NCBI RefSeq assembly: GCF_030028105.1
Contig: NC_092375.1
Coordinates: 33,269,130 to 33,333,129 of the forward strand
Reading direction: 5' to 3'
From: Mobula birostris
Taxonomy: Eukaryota
DNA length: 64,000 nucleotides
The position numbers were made by a program, and so were the translations under genes. The notes under the pieces are model-generated. The model was given only the letters and a program-made list of their open reading frames with translations, searched no databases and was not told where the DNA came from. Below are positions 1 through 11,997 of the stretch, piece after piece; position 1 is the stretch's first letter, and each line of letters begins with the position of its first letter.

Positions 1-815
1 GTCTTCTGCCAAGTGAACACCGGAGGGCAGCTCTGACTCCAACAGGTACGTCTCGCCACATCACTTCCGGCACTTCAGAAGAGCACACCAGTTCCACAGC
101 CTCCTCCCTGGGTGGCTGCAAACGGGCAACAGCACGGCTTGAGGCCTAGTTCTCACCACAACCAGGGCCACAAAGCTCCCCCACTGTCTGCCAACAAATC
201 AGTGAATCAGGCTTGCAGCATACCACATTAACAACATCTGACAGGATCTTGCAATCACAAGAAACGCAACCAGCTGATAAACTACGCGCCTCCTTCGTGC
301 ACCAACTTAAGACTCTCCAACGCAGGCAGTAGAATGACCTGCACCAAGCCTAGCTCCTTCAGTTTCTCCACCAACAAGCAGTACTTCAAACTCCTAATGT
401 CCAGCAAGGTCTTGCGATCATAGAAAATATGTTTAAAAAAGACAACACAACTTTTGGTTGAGCTTATAGAAGCCACTGCCTCCAAGTGAGCCACCATCAA
501 ACTGGACAGCTTCCAGGAAGTGGTCTGAGTATCCAAGCTGAGGGCGGAGGGTGGGGCAGCCTTGTAAGCTCCACAAACATTGATATCAACTGGATCTAAT
601 ATATTCTCTGCTCTGGTTGCAAATTTGACATGCTGATAGAACTTTGGCAGGACTGTTTTTGAGTTGGCATAATTGAAGTCACTACCAACAATGAAGACGT
701 CACTGGGGGGAGTGGCTTCAAGATCACAGAAGATGCCATCGAGCTCCTGCAGTGGTTTCTCAGCACTAGTATGGGAGGGGGTGGGGGGGGGTTGGGGAGG
801 AGGGAGAGATGTAAA
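1..815 (-). mobile_element. Rex1/Babar-type LINE fragments (APE endonuclease piece plus 5' ORF start, rearranged)
   Basis: ORF 282..824 contains VFIVGSDFNYAN and LPKFYQHVKFATRAENILD (Rex1-type endonuclease), joined to YDRKTLLDI, which is typical of the N-terminal part of the same ORF type. Confidence 0.7.
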
Positions 816-1224
816 CAGCAACAATCTATGACACTCTTTTTTTCAAGCGACATAACAAATACCTGTATGATACAATGCTTAACCTATTATAGCCAAGTAA
901 CCTGTAACTACTCAGTCTAACAACACAGTTCATCTGCAGTTCTAACTGATCCAATACCTGCCCGGATACAAATGAAACAGATCCATACAGGGCATTACAA
1001 AGATAGAATTACCATTAAGTATTCACTGTAAAAGTAGAGTTGTAAGTGACAACCATTATTTTAAACATCAACCAAGAAGATCCAGTCAAAACATTTCATG
1101 GCACATTTACAAAGATTCCTTGGGAATTTACCCCAAGTAGTAATTTCTGTTTATTGTCAATAATTTAACAAAGGAATCACAATTTGCACTTTCAAAAGAA
1201 ATAACAAATGATCAATTTACTTAC

Positions 1225-1278
1225 TGCTGCAGCTACTGTTTAGAATAGGGGTTCGGCCAGTTTTGTAAAAAGATGCTG
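1225..1278 (-). other. Candidate 42/54-nt stem-region micro-exon of the host gene
   Basis: NAGNAG acceptor (ttgCAGCAG, 1281-1276). Strong donor CA|GTAAGT at 1224 and weak donor CA|GTAGCT at 1236. Both lengths are multiples of 3 and phase 2-2; the intron from the upstream exon would be 90 nt. Confidence 0.4.
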
Positions 1279-1368
1279 CTGCAATTTTCAATATACACAG
1301 GAGCAGGGGAGCAGTACCCCATCCATACATTATAAATAACACTGATAAGTCGTTGTAGAATAACATAC

Positions 1369-1477
1369 CCCAAGTGTTTAATTTTATCATTAAATATGTA
1401 ATATAAGAACAGGGTTAGAACCATCAGAAACACCATCATCAACTTAATGTATCTCCGCCTCTTCATGCTTCCAAGAA
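1369..1477 (-). CDS. Host gene exon encoding the cytoplasmic tail and signal-anchor of a type II membrane protein, probably a Golgi glycosyltransferase
   Basis: Acceptor cttttccctctttcgtttcag at 1478; ATG at 1466; MKRRRYIK (basic) followed by hydrophobic LMMVFLMVLTLFLYYIF, then NDKIKHLG; donor GG|GTATGT at 1368; sequence appears non-repetitive. Confidence 0.72.
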
Positions 1478-1847
1478 CTGAAACGAAAGAGGGAAAAGAA
1501 ATACTCATCAGGAAATCAGCAAAGCAAAAACTATCAATTACTTGGAAAACCAATACTTCAATCTAATTTTACAATCAACTTTAAAAGTTTAAAATTAGGA
1601 AAGGAAACCAATGGACAGCACACTCAAAATGCCTTAGAAGGTGTTATATTTGAATGCAGGCAGTACATGGAGTAAGGTAGGTGATCATGTAGTGCAGTTG
1701 GAGATTGGCAGGTATGATGTGGGCATCACTGAGTGATGGCTGAAAGATGATCACAGCTGGGAGCTTTAACATCCAAGGATACACATTATATTGTACTACA
1801 GGCATAGGGGATTGGTGGTTTGATTCATTGAAAAACAAATCAAATCC

Positions 1848-3706
1848 TTAGGAAGAGGTGACATTGGACTGGAAGATGTACAATTGTTGTGGGTAGGGTT
1901 AAGAATCTTGGAGGGTAAAAAGACCCTGATGGGAGTTATATACAGGCCTCCAAACAGTGGGCTACAAATTACAATGGGAGATAGAAAATACACGTCAAAA
2001 GGGCAATGTTATGATAGTCATGGGGGATTTCAAAATACAGGTAGATCGGGAAAATCAGGTTGGTGCAAGATCCCAAGACAGAATTTGTAGAATGCAGATG
2101 AAATGGCTCTTTACAGCAGCCTGTGGCTGTGCCCGCTCGGGGATCAGTTATTCTGGATTGGGGGTTGTGTAATGAAACAGTTTTGATTAGGAAGTTTACA
2201 GTAAAGGAACCTTTAGGAGGCAATGATTTATAGCATGATCGAATTCACCCTGCAATTTCAGAGGGAGAAGCTAAAGTCAGCTGTGCCATTATTACAGTGG
2301 AGTAAAAAAAAATTACAGAGGCATAAGAGAGAGAGGAGCTGGCCAAAGTTGACTGGAAGAGTACACTACCAGGGATGACTGCACAGCAGCAATGGCTGGA
2401 GTTTCTGGGAGCAATTCGGAAGGTGCAGGATAGATAAATCCCAAAGAAGGAGTTGTATTCTAAAATCAGGATGACTCAACCACGGGAAGTCCAAGCTAAC
2501 AAAAGAGAGAGGGAAAATAATACAGCAAAAAAAAAGTGGTAAGTTAGAGGAAGAGGGAGCTTTTAAAAACCAACAGAAGGCAACTAAAAAAGCTATGCAG
2601 AGGGTAAAGTTGAAATACGAAGGTAAGCTAGCCAACAATATCAAAGAGGATACCAGAAGTTTTTTCAGATATATAAAGAGTAAGGGAGGTCAGAGTTGAA
2701 ATCGGACCACTGGAAAATGACGCTGGAGAAATAGTAATGGGGGACAAGGAACTTCATTGTGGAATACACTAGCAGTACGCCTGATGTTTAAACTTGTCAG
2801 GGGCAGAAATGAGTGTAGTTGCAGTTGCTATTGAAGGTGCTTAGGAAGCTGAGAGGTCTGAAGGTAGATAGGTCACCAGGTGGACTATACTCCAGGGATC
2901 TGAAAGAAGTAGTTGAAGAGATTGTGGAGGCATTAGCAATGATCTTTCAAGAATCAACAGATTCCGGCATGGTTCCGGAGGAACAAAGTGCAAAGGAAGT
3001 CCTCACACATGATTCCCTAAAGGTTAACTTTTAGGTTGAGTCAGTGGTAAAGAAAGCAAATGCAATGGTAGCATTCACTTCAAAAGGACTAGAACATAAA
3101 AGCAAGGATGTAATGCTGTGGCTTCATAAAGCACTGGTGAGGCCTCATGGGCAGTATTGTGAGCAGTTTTGAGCCCCTTATCGAAGAAAGGATGTGCTGA
3201 CATTGGAGAGGGCTCAGAGAAATTCCATGAGAAAGATTCCGGGACTGAACAAGTTATCATATGAGAGTGTTTGATGGATGTGAGACTGTTCTCAATGGCA
3301 TTTAAAAGAATGAGAGGGGATCGCATCAAAATCTATCGAATGCTGAAAGGCCTCAACAGAATGGATGTGGAGAAGATATTTTCCATAGAGGGGCGTCTAG
3401 GACCAGAGGGCACAGCCTCAGAATAGAGGAACATCCATTTAGAACAGAGAGGAGGAGGAGGAGGAATTTCTTTAGCTAGAGGGTGGTGAAACTACGGAAT
3501 TTATTACCACAGCCAGCTGTGGAAGCCAGGTCATTGGGTGTACTTAAGGCAGGGGTTAATATGTTCCAGATCATTCAGGGTGTGAAAAGTTACAGGGAGA
3601 AGGCAGGAGAATGGGTCTGAGAGGAAAACAGACCAGCCTTGATGGAAAGGTGGAGCAGACTTGGTAGGCCAAATTGACTAATTCTGCTCCTGTGTCTAAT
3701 GGTCCT
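1848..3706 (+). mobile_element. Decayed CR1 LINE ORF2 with internal deletion and 3' UTR
   Basis: GVIYRPPNSG and VMGDF endonuclease motifs, GLKVDRSPG. The sequence jumps after GMVPE (~2980) to the C-terminal region and ends in a CR1 3' tail. Confidence 0.85.
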
Positions 3707-4774
3707 AACGTGCATGGGCAATGAGCAGCCATATTTCCTCACCAGCAGTACATAGCTTCAAAAATTTAGTCCTGCTGTTTATATCCTCAACACAGTTAGC
3801 AGGAAGCAGTGAAATGCCATGCATCAGATTACAACATGTTTAAACTCTATGCTGAAATATTTCACACAGTAAATCATATGATCAGACAGATGGCTCAGAC
3901 ATCTGATCTATCACCACATAAACTACTTGTTTACATTGGTAATTAAAAAAACAAGGCACATACAGTGAATGAAAGAATGGGGAAAAAAATGTATTTATAC
4001 CCTCTGATACTGGACCAGACACTTCAGTCCTAACTGGTTTCAGCCTTAATATGGTTTAGTTACAGAATGTAAAGGATGATTAAGAAAATTAGATTACCAA
4101 AACTTCTGTATAAAGGTCAAATGCATAAATAATAAGTTACAGCAACCTAAATATTTAAAAGGGCTCAATAACATATGACCATGACATTTGCCATTTTAAA
4201 TCATGATTTCCAATCAAACATGTTGTAATCTTTATGGCAAATGTATGATTTGAATAATGAGAGTTCTTAAAAAAAAATAAACTTTAATATGGTGCCCATG
4301 AAATGCTTGGAAAAGATTCAACCAAGTTACCATAAAAGTACTGGTTTTGTCGAACTTAAAGCTGTGACTATATTGCTGATACACTGTTAATTCAATATTG
4401 CGCCCCCCCCCCCAAAAAAACAAATCTCTCTTATTTTACAGATTCAAAGTAACTAACATAAAATATCAATGAAAATCATTTGTGTTACTAGGATTTAAAA
4501 CTACCACTTCAAGTATTTGAATGATTTTGTTTCCTTTTCTCCAATTATTTAAAGTTACTTGATCAATTTCTTCTTTTCATGGAGGTAATACAGACAGACG
4601 ACTTCAAACTAAAGTGAAAGTAGAGAACCTGTGAAGTAATATTACCTCTAGGAAATTTTATTCTTTAGGACAGATTTTTTTTCTTAAACTCAATTAAGTA
4701 TTCACAGAAGAAATAAAACAGAGAAGGCAATACATTTGAATCAGGATAAGAGGAGCAAATGGAGGCATGAGAGA

Positions 4775-4870
4775 CTGTAGATACTGAACTTTGAAGCAAA
4801 AAAATGCCCTGCTGGAAGAGCACAGTGGATCAAAGGGATAGTCAACATTTTAGGTCGAGATCCTGCTTTT
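4775..4870 (-). repeat. Old Penelope-like terminal repeat remnant
   Basis: Degenerate match to the terminal repeat at 10340-10470 (gtcaacattttaggtcgagatcctg vs gttgacgtttcgggccgagaccctt). Confidence 0.45.
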
Positions 4871-5139
4871 GATTCTGATGCAAAATAAAATTGGAGTTGC
4901 CAAAACAAAAGGATTGCAGTCAATATTCTTAAATAACAAAAGGTTGGTGTTATCCAATTATTTGCTTCTTCTAAACATGGTGATCTTTAACATAAAACGC
5001 ATTTAGGCATCATAGTCTGTGTCTGACCCGAAACCATATACTATTCCATCGTGAAGCGAACTCTGATACCTACAAATAAGTTGATCAATTGGATTTCTCT
5101 GCAGGAGAGAAATGGATTATTTCCAAGTTCAGCCTTAAA

Positions 5140-5540
5140 ACTGGAGCGTAGAAGGTTGAGGGGGGACTTGATAGAGGTATTTAAAATTATGAGGGGGATA
5201 GATAGAGTTGACATGGATAGGTTTTTTCCATTGAGAGTGAGGGAGATTCAAACAAGAGCACATGAGTTGAGAGTTAAAAGGGCAAAAGTTTAGGGATAAC
5301 ATGAGGGTGAACTTCATTACTCAGAGAGTGGTAGCTGTGTGGAACGAGCTTCCAGTATAAGTGGTTGAGGCAGGTTCGATGTTGTCATTTAAAGTTAAAT
5401 TGGATAGATATATGGACAGGAAAGGAATGGAGGGTTATGGTCTGAGTGCAGGTCGGTGGGACGAGATGAGAGTAAGAGCTCGGCATGGACTAGAAGGGCC
5501 TAGATGGCCTGTTTCTGTGCTGTAATTGTTATATGGTTAT
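5140..5540 (+). mobile_element. 5'-truncated CR1 3' end
   Basis: LERRRLRGDLIEVFKIMRGIDRV; same family as 38528-40057; ends in a gttatatggttat tail. Confidence 0.9.
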
Positions 5541-5584
5541 AAAAGCAATTGTTAGCCAAGGTCTGAACAATAACCATTCTTGTA

Positions 5585-6291
5585 CAGTCACCCCTCCTTA
5601 TCCGCGAGGGATTGGTTCCGAGACTCCCTGCAGATACCAAAAAACGCAAATACTCAAGTCCCTTATTTAACCTGTCTCAGTGCAGGTGGACTTTAGGACC
5701 TGGGGCAGCACAGGGCCCACCGCCCCCAGTGTTTCTNNNNNNNNNNNNNNNNNNNNNNNNNNNNNNNNNNNNNNNNNNNNNNNNNNNNNNNNNNNNNNNN
5801 NNNNNNNNNNNNNNNNNNNNNNNNNNNNNNNNNNNNNNNNNNNNNNNNNNNNNNNNNNNNNNNNNNNGGGAACGCTAATCTTTAAGTTCTTGAGGCTCTA
5901 GTGCTTTACATAGCCAGCCAGTCATCCCTAGCACGAACACTTCCATGAATTTCAGCTTCTTTCTGCTTTATTGTATGAATGCTCGAGTCGTTCTTACCGA
6001 CCTTACGGCTCACTTCGGAATGCCACATGCCACTTTTCAAAAGATCTAATATTTCTAATTTCTCGGCGAGAGATAGCACTTTACCCTCCCTCTCAGCCTT
6101 TGAGGAATTGCTTTGACCACGTAATTGCTTTTTAGGTGTCATTTTTTCGCAGAAACAAAGTAGTGAACGAACGAAACACGAGGCGAACAATGCTCGAACA
6201 ACGAGTGCTGGAGAGAGAACTTCCAGGTTTTCCCAATTTGCGGTTGGTTGAATCCTCACGTGTGGAACTCGGGGATAAGGAGGGCCAACTG
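5585..6291 (-). mobile_element. Internally deleted Tigger/pogo-type DNA transposon
   Basis: TIRs CAGTCACCCCTCCTTATCCGCG and revcomp CAGTTGGCCCTCCTTATCCCCG; TA on both flanks. HTH_psq-like N-terminus MTPKKQ..KVLSLAEKLEILDLLKSG..SEVSRKVGKNDSSIHTI from ATG at 6142. Confidence 0.88.
5737..5867. other. Assembly gap or masked run (N)
   Basis: 131 consecutive N inside the Tigger-like element. Confidence 0.99.
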
Positions 6292-6518
6292 TACAAAGAA
6301 ATATAGAAAAGCAGTGCCCTCCCTTTCCAATACAAACTTGGTACAGGGGCATACTCTGCTCTCTTGGTTTTATTATACTACTTTAAATCAAAAGAGTACT
6401 CAAGTAGAAAACACCGCTTTAGATTTAAAGGATGGGAGTTAGCAAGTTAACTATATAACTCCAAAATTTATCATTCCTTTAAATGAGGTCAGGGCAGGGA
6501 AGTAATAAACTCACTCAC

Positions 6519-6660
6519 CACTGCATCCCTTAATATGACTTGTTACTGCAGACAGACTTTGCATCATTTCCATCAAAAGAAAATTCAGAGCTATTTCTAC
6601 CTTCTTCCTGTAGGAGTGGTTTCTGATCTCTGCAATTGGACAGGACCTGGACTTTCTATA
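6519..6660 (-). CDS. Host gene exon (142 nt; 5' UTR or N-terminal extension)
   Basis: Acceptor ctctttctgccag at 6661; donor GTG|GTGAGT at 6518. Open frame YRKSRSCP...LLMEMMQSLSAVTSHIKGCS ends in phase 1 and joins exon 1477 in frame (G|TT = Val). Confidence 0.62.
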
Positions 6661-7034
6661 CTGGCAGAAAGAGTGTTTTAAATCTACCCACTCAATTGGT
6701 TCCCTGCTTAACGATATCAGATTATACAATCACATGCTTCCTTACACCCTTCCTACTGTTTACACTTTGAAAGGTTCTGGTGAATCAAGATTGGCTGTGA
6801 TGAAAGGTTTTATCTATCTAGAATGGTTAGTTGCAGCTTAACAGTCTAATTTTAAGTCATTATTCTAGTTTCACGTTGATGAAGACTTTTTAGTTGTGTA
6901 CTTCTATGACACTATAATGAAAATTCTAAAACAACACTATTGCCCTCTATTTATACAGATTAGAAAGCACAAAAAGGACCAGTTGCACTTGAACTCGAGT
7001 GGGGGGAGGAAGAACCAATATGCTTGCTGGCATA

Positions 7035-8815
7035 CGAGGGCAAACTAGCTGATAATATAAAGTAGGAACTGAAAGGGAGGTGAGAGTTAACATTGGACCA
7101 CTGGAAAATAATGTTGATGAGGTAGTAATGGGTACAAAGAAATGGCAGATGAACTTAATGGGTACTTTGATCTGTCTTCACTATGGAAGACACTAGCTGT
7201 ATGCCAGACGTCCACGAGTGTTATGGAGCAGGAGTGAGTGCCATTGCTATTATAAAGGAAAATGTGCTAGGTAAACTCAAAGCTCTTAAGACGGATAAAC
7301 CACCTGTACCAGATGGACTACATTCCAGTGTCGAGTGAGTTTGCTGAAGAGATAACTGATGCATTGTTCGTGACCTTTCAAGAATCACTTGATGCTGGCA
7401 TGATCCCGGAGGACTGTAAGATTGCAAATGTCACTCCACTCTTTAAGGAAGGAAAGAAGGCAAAAGAAAGGAAGTTATAGGCCAGTTAGCCTAACCTCAA
7501 TGGCTGGGAAAGTGTTGGAGTCTATTATTAAGGATGAGGTTTCAAGGTACTTGGAGATTAAAATAAGTCAAAATCAGCATGGTTTCTGTGAAATCTTGCC
7601 TGACAAATCTCTTAGAATTCAAGGAAGTAACAGTCAGGGTTGGACAAAGGAGAGGCAGTGGATGTCATTTACTTAGATTTTCAGAAGGCATTTGATAAGG
7701 TGCCTCACATGAGGCTGCTTAACAGGATAAAATCCTATGGTATTACAGGAAAGATACTGGCATGGATAGAGGGGCAGCTGACAGGCGAGTAGGAATAAAA
7801 GGGACCTTTTCTGGTTGGCTGCCAGTGACGAGTGGTGTTCCTGAGGGAGTCAGTATTGGGACTGCTGTTTTTCACATTGTTTGTCAGCGATTTAGATAGT
7901 AGAATTGATGGCTTTGTGGCAAAGTTTGTGGATGATATGAAGATAGGTGGAGTTTTAGGTCATTCTGAGGAAGCAAGGCAACTGCAGCAGGATTTAGACA
8001 AACTGGAACAATGAGCAAAAACAAAGTGGCAGATAGAATACAGTGCTGGGAAATGTATCGTAATGTATTTTGATAAAAGGAACAATAGTGTGGACTATTA
8101 TTTAAATGGAGAAAAAATTCAAACATCAGGGGTGCAAAGTAGTTTAGGAGTCCTCATGCAAGGCTCCCAGAAGGTTACTTCACAGGTTGTGGTGAAGGCG
8201 GCAAATGCAATGTTGGCATTTATTTCAAGGGGAATAGAATATAAAAACAAGGAGGTAACAAGGATATAAGACACTAGTCAGGCCGCACTTGGAGTATTGT
8301 CAACAGCTTTGGGCCAAGTATCTCAGAAAGGATGTACTGTCATTGGAGAGAGTCCAGAGGAGGTTTACAAGGATGATTCTGCGAATGAAGAAGGGGTTAA
8401 CATATGAGGAGCGTCTCACAGCTTTGAGCCTGTACTCACTGGAATTTAGAAGAATACGTGGGAAACGCATTGAAACCCACCGAATGTTGAATGTATCTTC
8501 TGGTGGGGGTATTCAGAACTAGAGGGCACCACCTCAAAATTGAGGGGTGACCTTTTAGAACAAAAGGAAGGAGGCATTTTTTAGCGAAAGAGTGATGAAC
8601 CTGTAGAATGCTCCGCCACAGACTGCGGTAGAGGCCAAGCCCATAGGTATATTTAAAACGGAAGTTGACAGGTTCCTGATTGGTTGGGGTATCAAGGGAT
8701 ATGGTGAAAAGGCAGGTGTATGGGGTTGAATGGGATCTGGGATCAGCCATGATGAAATGGCAGAGCAGACTCAATGGGCTGAATGGCCGAATTCTGCTCC
8801 TACGTCTTATGGTCT
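7035..8815 (+). mobile_element. Decayed CR1 LINE (RT and 3' UTR)
   Basis: YRPVSLTS, LDFQKAFDKVPH, KFVDD and ERVQRRFTRM motifs with frameshifts; tail cttatggtct. Confidence 0.9.
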
Positions 8816-9464
8816 AAAATACTTAGTTCCCTTTATTAATGTTACTATTAACCTTGACATTATTGGTTTATTTGCTCACTCAGTATTCTAAAATTGTGGC
8901 TTACCAAGGTTATGAATAGTTGCCGCCCAACAGATTCTTTTGATTCCCCTCCCATCTCTTTTCTACCAATGAGAGTACCTCCATTATCTCTGCTCTACTA
9001 ATCAGCCATTTTTTTTCACCAGAACAACAACTTGATCTTCACTGTGCTTCAAACTCCACAAAGTCTTTTTGAAGGACTGTGTCTTCCGGAACTTTATATA
9101 AAATAATATTCACTCACATTTAATTTTGCCTCCTATTGAAAGTTAAAAATTTGAAATCCATCATGACTAAAATCATGCAGACTGATTTTGTTACCTGTTG
9201 TATATTTTCAAGATGGTCAGGATCTAGCAGAGAACTTGAAAGCTAATTTGAGCACATGTAAAATTCTCTTGATACATAAACTGCCTTTCTAGTTTGAAAA
9301 AGTATACACACTTTTGAAGAACAAGATTATTTGTAAATCAATGTTACCAAGATCTATTATTGAAAAAAATTCACTGAATCTGTAATTCTAGACTGTTTGA
9401 CTGAAAATTCGTAAAACTTAACAATCACAGAACCAATATGGCTTTAGTTATGACTGACAAACCC

Positions 9465-9550
9465 AAATGACCCAAAATATTGACTGTCCACTTACCCCTG
9501 TAGATGCTGCCTGAACTGCTGAGTTCCTCCAGCACTGCTTTTTTTTGTGC
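9465..9550 (+). repeat. Old Penelope-like terminal repeat remnant
   Basis: gacccaaaatattgactgt...tagatgctgcctgaactgctgagttcctccagca matches 11120-11185. Confidence 0.6.
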
Positions 9551-10097
9551 TGAATTATTTATCTTACAGTTGAGGACAAAAACAATTGTCTGTCTATTTA
9601 CTCTAGGATTTGAATAGACTTTTTGATCATAAGATCCATTATTTTCTTTTCTGTGTTAATTTTGGGAAGCTCTTGCCCTCTTTGACACCACAACCCTTGA
9701 ATTTCCAGCATAATGCCCCACTTTCTAAATTCATATACAGAGCAGTGGTTAACTTTCCGGACTAGTAGTTCAGATGCCTGGGCTAACAACTCAATGACTG
9801 AATTCAAATTACAACAGTAGCTGTGAAATTTAAATTCAGTTGACCCTTTGGATTTTGGAAAAGTATAACAAAACCAAATTAATTGTCATAAATTTCTACC
9901 TGATTGATTAATGTTTTCCAGATCCTTCTAATGCACACTGACATGGTCCGATTAACCACACAGTTACCAAGAAAGAATAAAACGAGATGGACCACTTGCT
10001 ATACACAAAAGAGCAAATTCAAACATGGCAAAGTCACCTTGAGCCTAGAGGGTCCTCAAATAGCTAGGGTCTCGTGTATAAATTAGGAGAATCAAAA

Positions 10098-10210
10098 ACT
10101 TTCAGATATTGGAAATCTGAAATAAGAACAGAATAGGTTGGAAACACTCAGCAGGTTAGGCAGTATCTACAGAAAGAGAATCAAAAGCTTCCAGTCAAGG
10201 ACTCCTTTTC
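10098..10210 (-). repeat. Old Penelope-like terminal repeat remnant
   Basis: cagatattggaaat...ctcagcaggttaggcagtatct resembles 10354-10420. Confidence 0.55.
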
Positions 10211-10433
10211 TCAAATTGTGGGGGACTTCAGTGTTCCTTACCACCAGCTCCAGCTCTGAAGGACACAGATGTCAGACTGGGACTGCAGTGAGTGAGTGAA
10301 CCCACAACAGCAACCACCTGATTCATTTAAAAACATAAACACGAGGAATTCTGCAGATGCTGGAAATTCAAGCAACACACATCAAAGTTGCTGGTGAACG
10401 CAGCAGGCCAGGCAGCATCTCTAGGAAGAGGTA

Positions 10434-10472
10434 CAGTTGACGTTTCGGGCCGAGACCCTTCGTCAGGACTAA
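10434..10472 (-). ncRNA. Minimal type I hammerhead ribozyme motif, intact core
   Basis: Minus strand reads AGUC-CUGACGA-AGGGUCUCGGCCC-GAAAC-GUC-AACU: both core boxes and the GUC triplet are present, with one mismatch in stem I. Confidence 0.75.
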
Positions 10473-11101
10473 CTGAAAGAAGAGCTAGAAAGAGATTTGA
10501 AAGTGTGAGGGGGAGAGGAAAATGATAGGAGAAGACTACAAAATGTGGTCGAAAAGTTGCAGAGCCGAAGAAATTACAGATGGGGAGCTACAAAATGTGG
10601 TCAAAAAGTTGAAGAGTACAAAATGTACTGCCCACCAGAGAAAGCAGAATCTCCCAGCGGCCACACACTTTAATTCCACATCCTATTCCCATTCTGATAT
10701 GTCCATCCACGGCCTCCTCTACTGTAAAGATGAAGTCACCTTCAGGTTGGAGGAACAACACCGTCTGGGTAGCCTCCAACCTGATGGCATGAACATTGAC
10801 TTCTCAAACTTCCGCTAATGCCCCACCTCCCCCTCGTACCCCATCTGTTATTTATTTATATACACACATTCTTTCTCTCTCTCTCTCCTTTTTCTCCCTC
10901 TGTCCCTCTCACTATACCCCTTGCCCATCCTCTGGGTTTTCCCCCCTCCCCCTTCTCCTTCTCCCTGGGCTTCCTGTCCCATGATCCTCTCATATCCCAA
11001 CTGTCCAGCTCTTGGCTCCATCCCTCCCCCTCCTGTCTTCTCCTATCATTTTGGATCTCCCCCTCCCACTTTCAAATCTCTTACTAGCTCTTCTTTCAGT
11101 T

Positions 11102-11138
11102 AGTCCTGACGAAGGGTCTCGGCCCAAAACGTTGACTG
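11102..11138 (+). ncRNA. Minimal hammerhead motif, mutated core
   Basis: AGUC-CUGACGA-AGGGUCUCGGCCC-AAAAC-GUU-GACU: GAAA>AAAA and GUC>GUU, both CpG-type transitions. Confidence 0.65.
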
Positions 11139-11958
11139 TACTTCTTCCTAGAGATGCTGCCTGGCCTGCTGCGTTCACCAGCTACTTTGATGTGTGTCAC
11201 CTGATTCATTAGTACTTTGCTGGTCTAAGTCCCAAAAATCGCCACAACACTGCAGGAGTACCTTCAACACAAGAACTGTAACAGTTCAAGGCTGCAGCTC
11301 ACCACCACTTTCTCAGGGCAAAAATTAAGGGCCTTGCAAGATCCTGAAAAAAAGCCCTAGTTTTCAATGATAGTATCACTTTAACTGTCATCTTTTTACT
11401 GGCATTACCAGGGTTAATACTAATTTTGTTTTGCATTTAAGGTACATTTTCCTTTAGTCTTATACTGTTCCTTCTCTCTGTAATTATGCATGATATTTTA
11501 TTTAGCAAATGAAGTGCATCTGCCTTAACGGTGTACACCAATCCAGTAACATCGCTAAATACACGAATGTCTGCCAACTTATCCATCACACAGTTTACAA
11601 TATAAAACTCTGTCTCATCACATTGTTAGTCAGTCTTATCCAAATTAGAAGCCTTGGTTTTGGTTGATTTTATGTGACAAGATATAATGAAAAGCTTGAC
11701 TGACAGACTGCTTATACAGATCAGAATCATTACACAGTGCATCAAGCTAAAGCAATAACCATGAAGAATGAAGTGTAAAAGCTACAGAGAAAGTGCAATG
11801 CAGGTAAACAACGAAGTGCAAGATCGTAACAAGGTAGATTGTGAAAATGAAAGTCCATTTTATCGTACAAGAGATCTGTTCAAGAGTGGGAAAGAAGTGG
11901 TCCTTGAGCTCAGTGGAATATGCCTTCTTCTTTTGTATCTTCTACCCAATGGGAGAAG

Positions 11959-11997
11959 GGAGAATGGAGAACAGAGAACGGAGAATGGAGAACGGAG
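11959..11997 (+). repeat. 7-bp tandem repeat (GGAGAAY) x~5
   Basis: ggagaatggagaacagagaacggagaatggagaacggag. Confidence 0.8.

Larger units (their letters stand above)
10328..11197 (+). mobile_element. Truncated Penelope-like element with inverted terminal repeat and 13-bp TSD
   Basis: TSD CACCTGATTCATT at 10315-10327 and 11198-11210. 10375-10535 is the reverse complement of ~11035-11195. GIY-YIG C-terminus HFNS..HS..M...RLEEQHRLGSLQPDGMN. Confidence 0.92.

Noticed and set aside
1233-1553. 106-aa ORF as a single-exon protein
   Set aside because: It reads through a clear acceptor (1478) and donor (1368); only the middle is likely exonic.
4555-4630. Minus-strand acceptor followed by ATGAAAAGAAGA (MKRR), echoing the TM exon start
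   Set aside because: Stop after five codons, weak donor and no further similarity; could be chance.
9195-9353. Possible extra exon ending at CAG|GTAACA
   Set aside because: Several equally weak acceptors, and the longer version has stops in the frame needed to join exon 6660; not supportable without RNA data.
10818-11103. Pro/Ser/Leu-rich ORFs
   Set aside because: Translation of the polypyrimidine tract of the Penelope-like 3' region.
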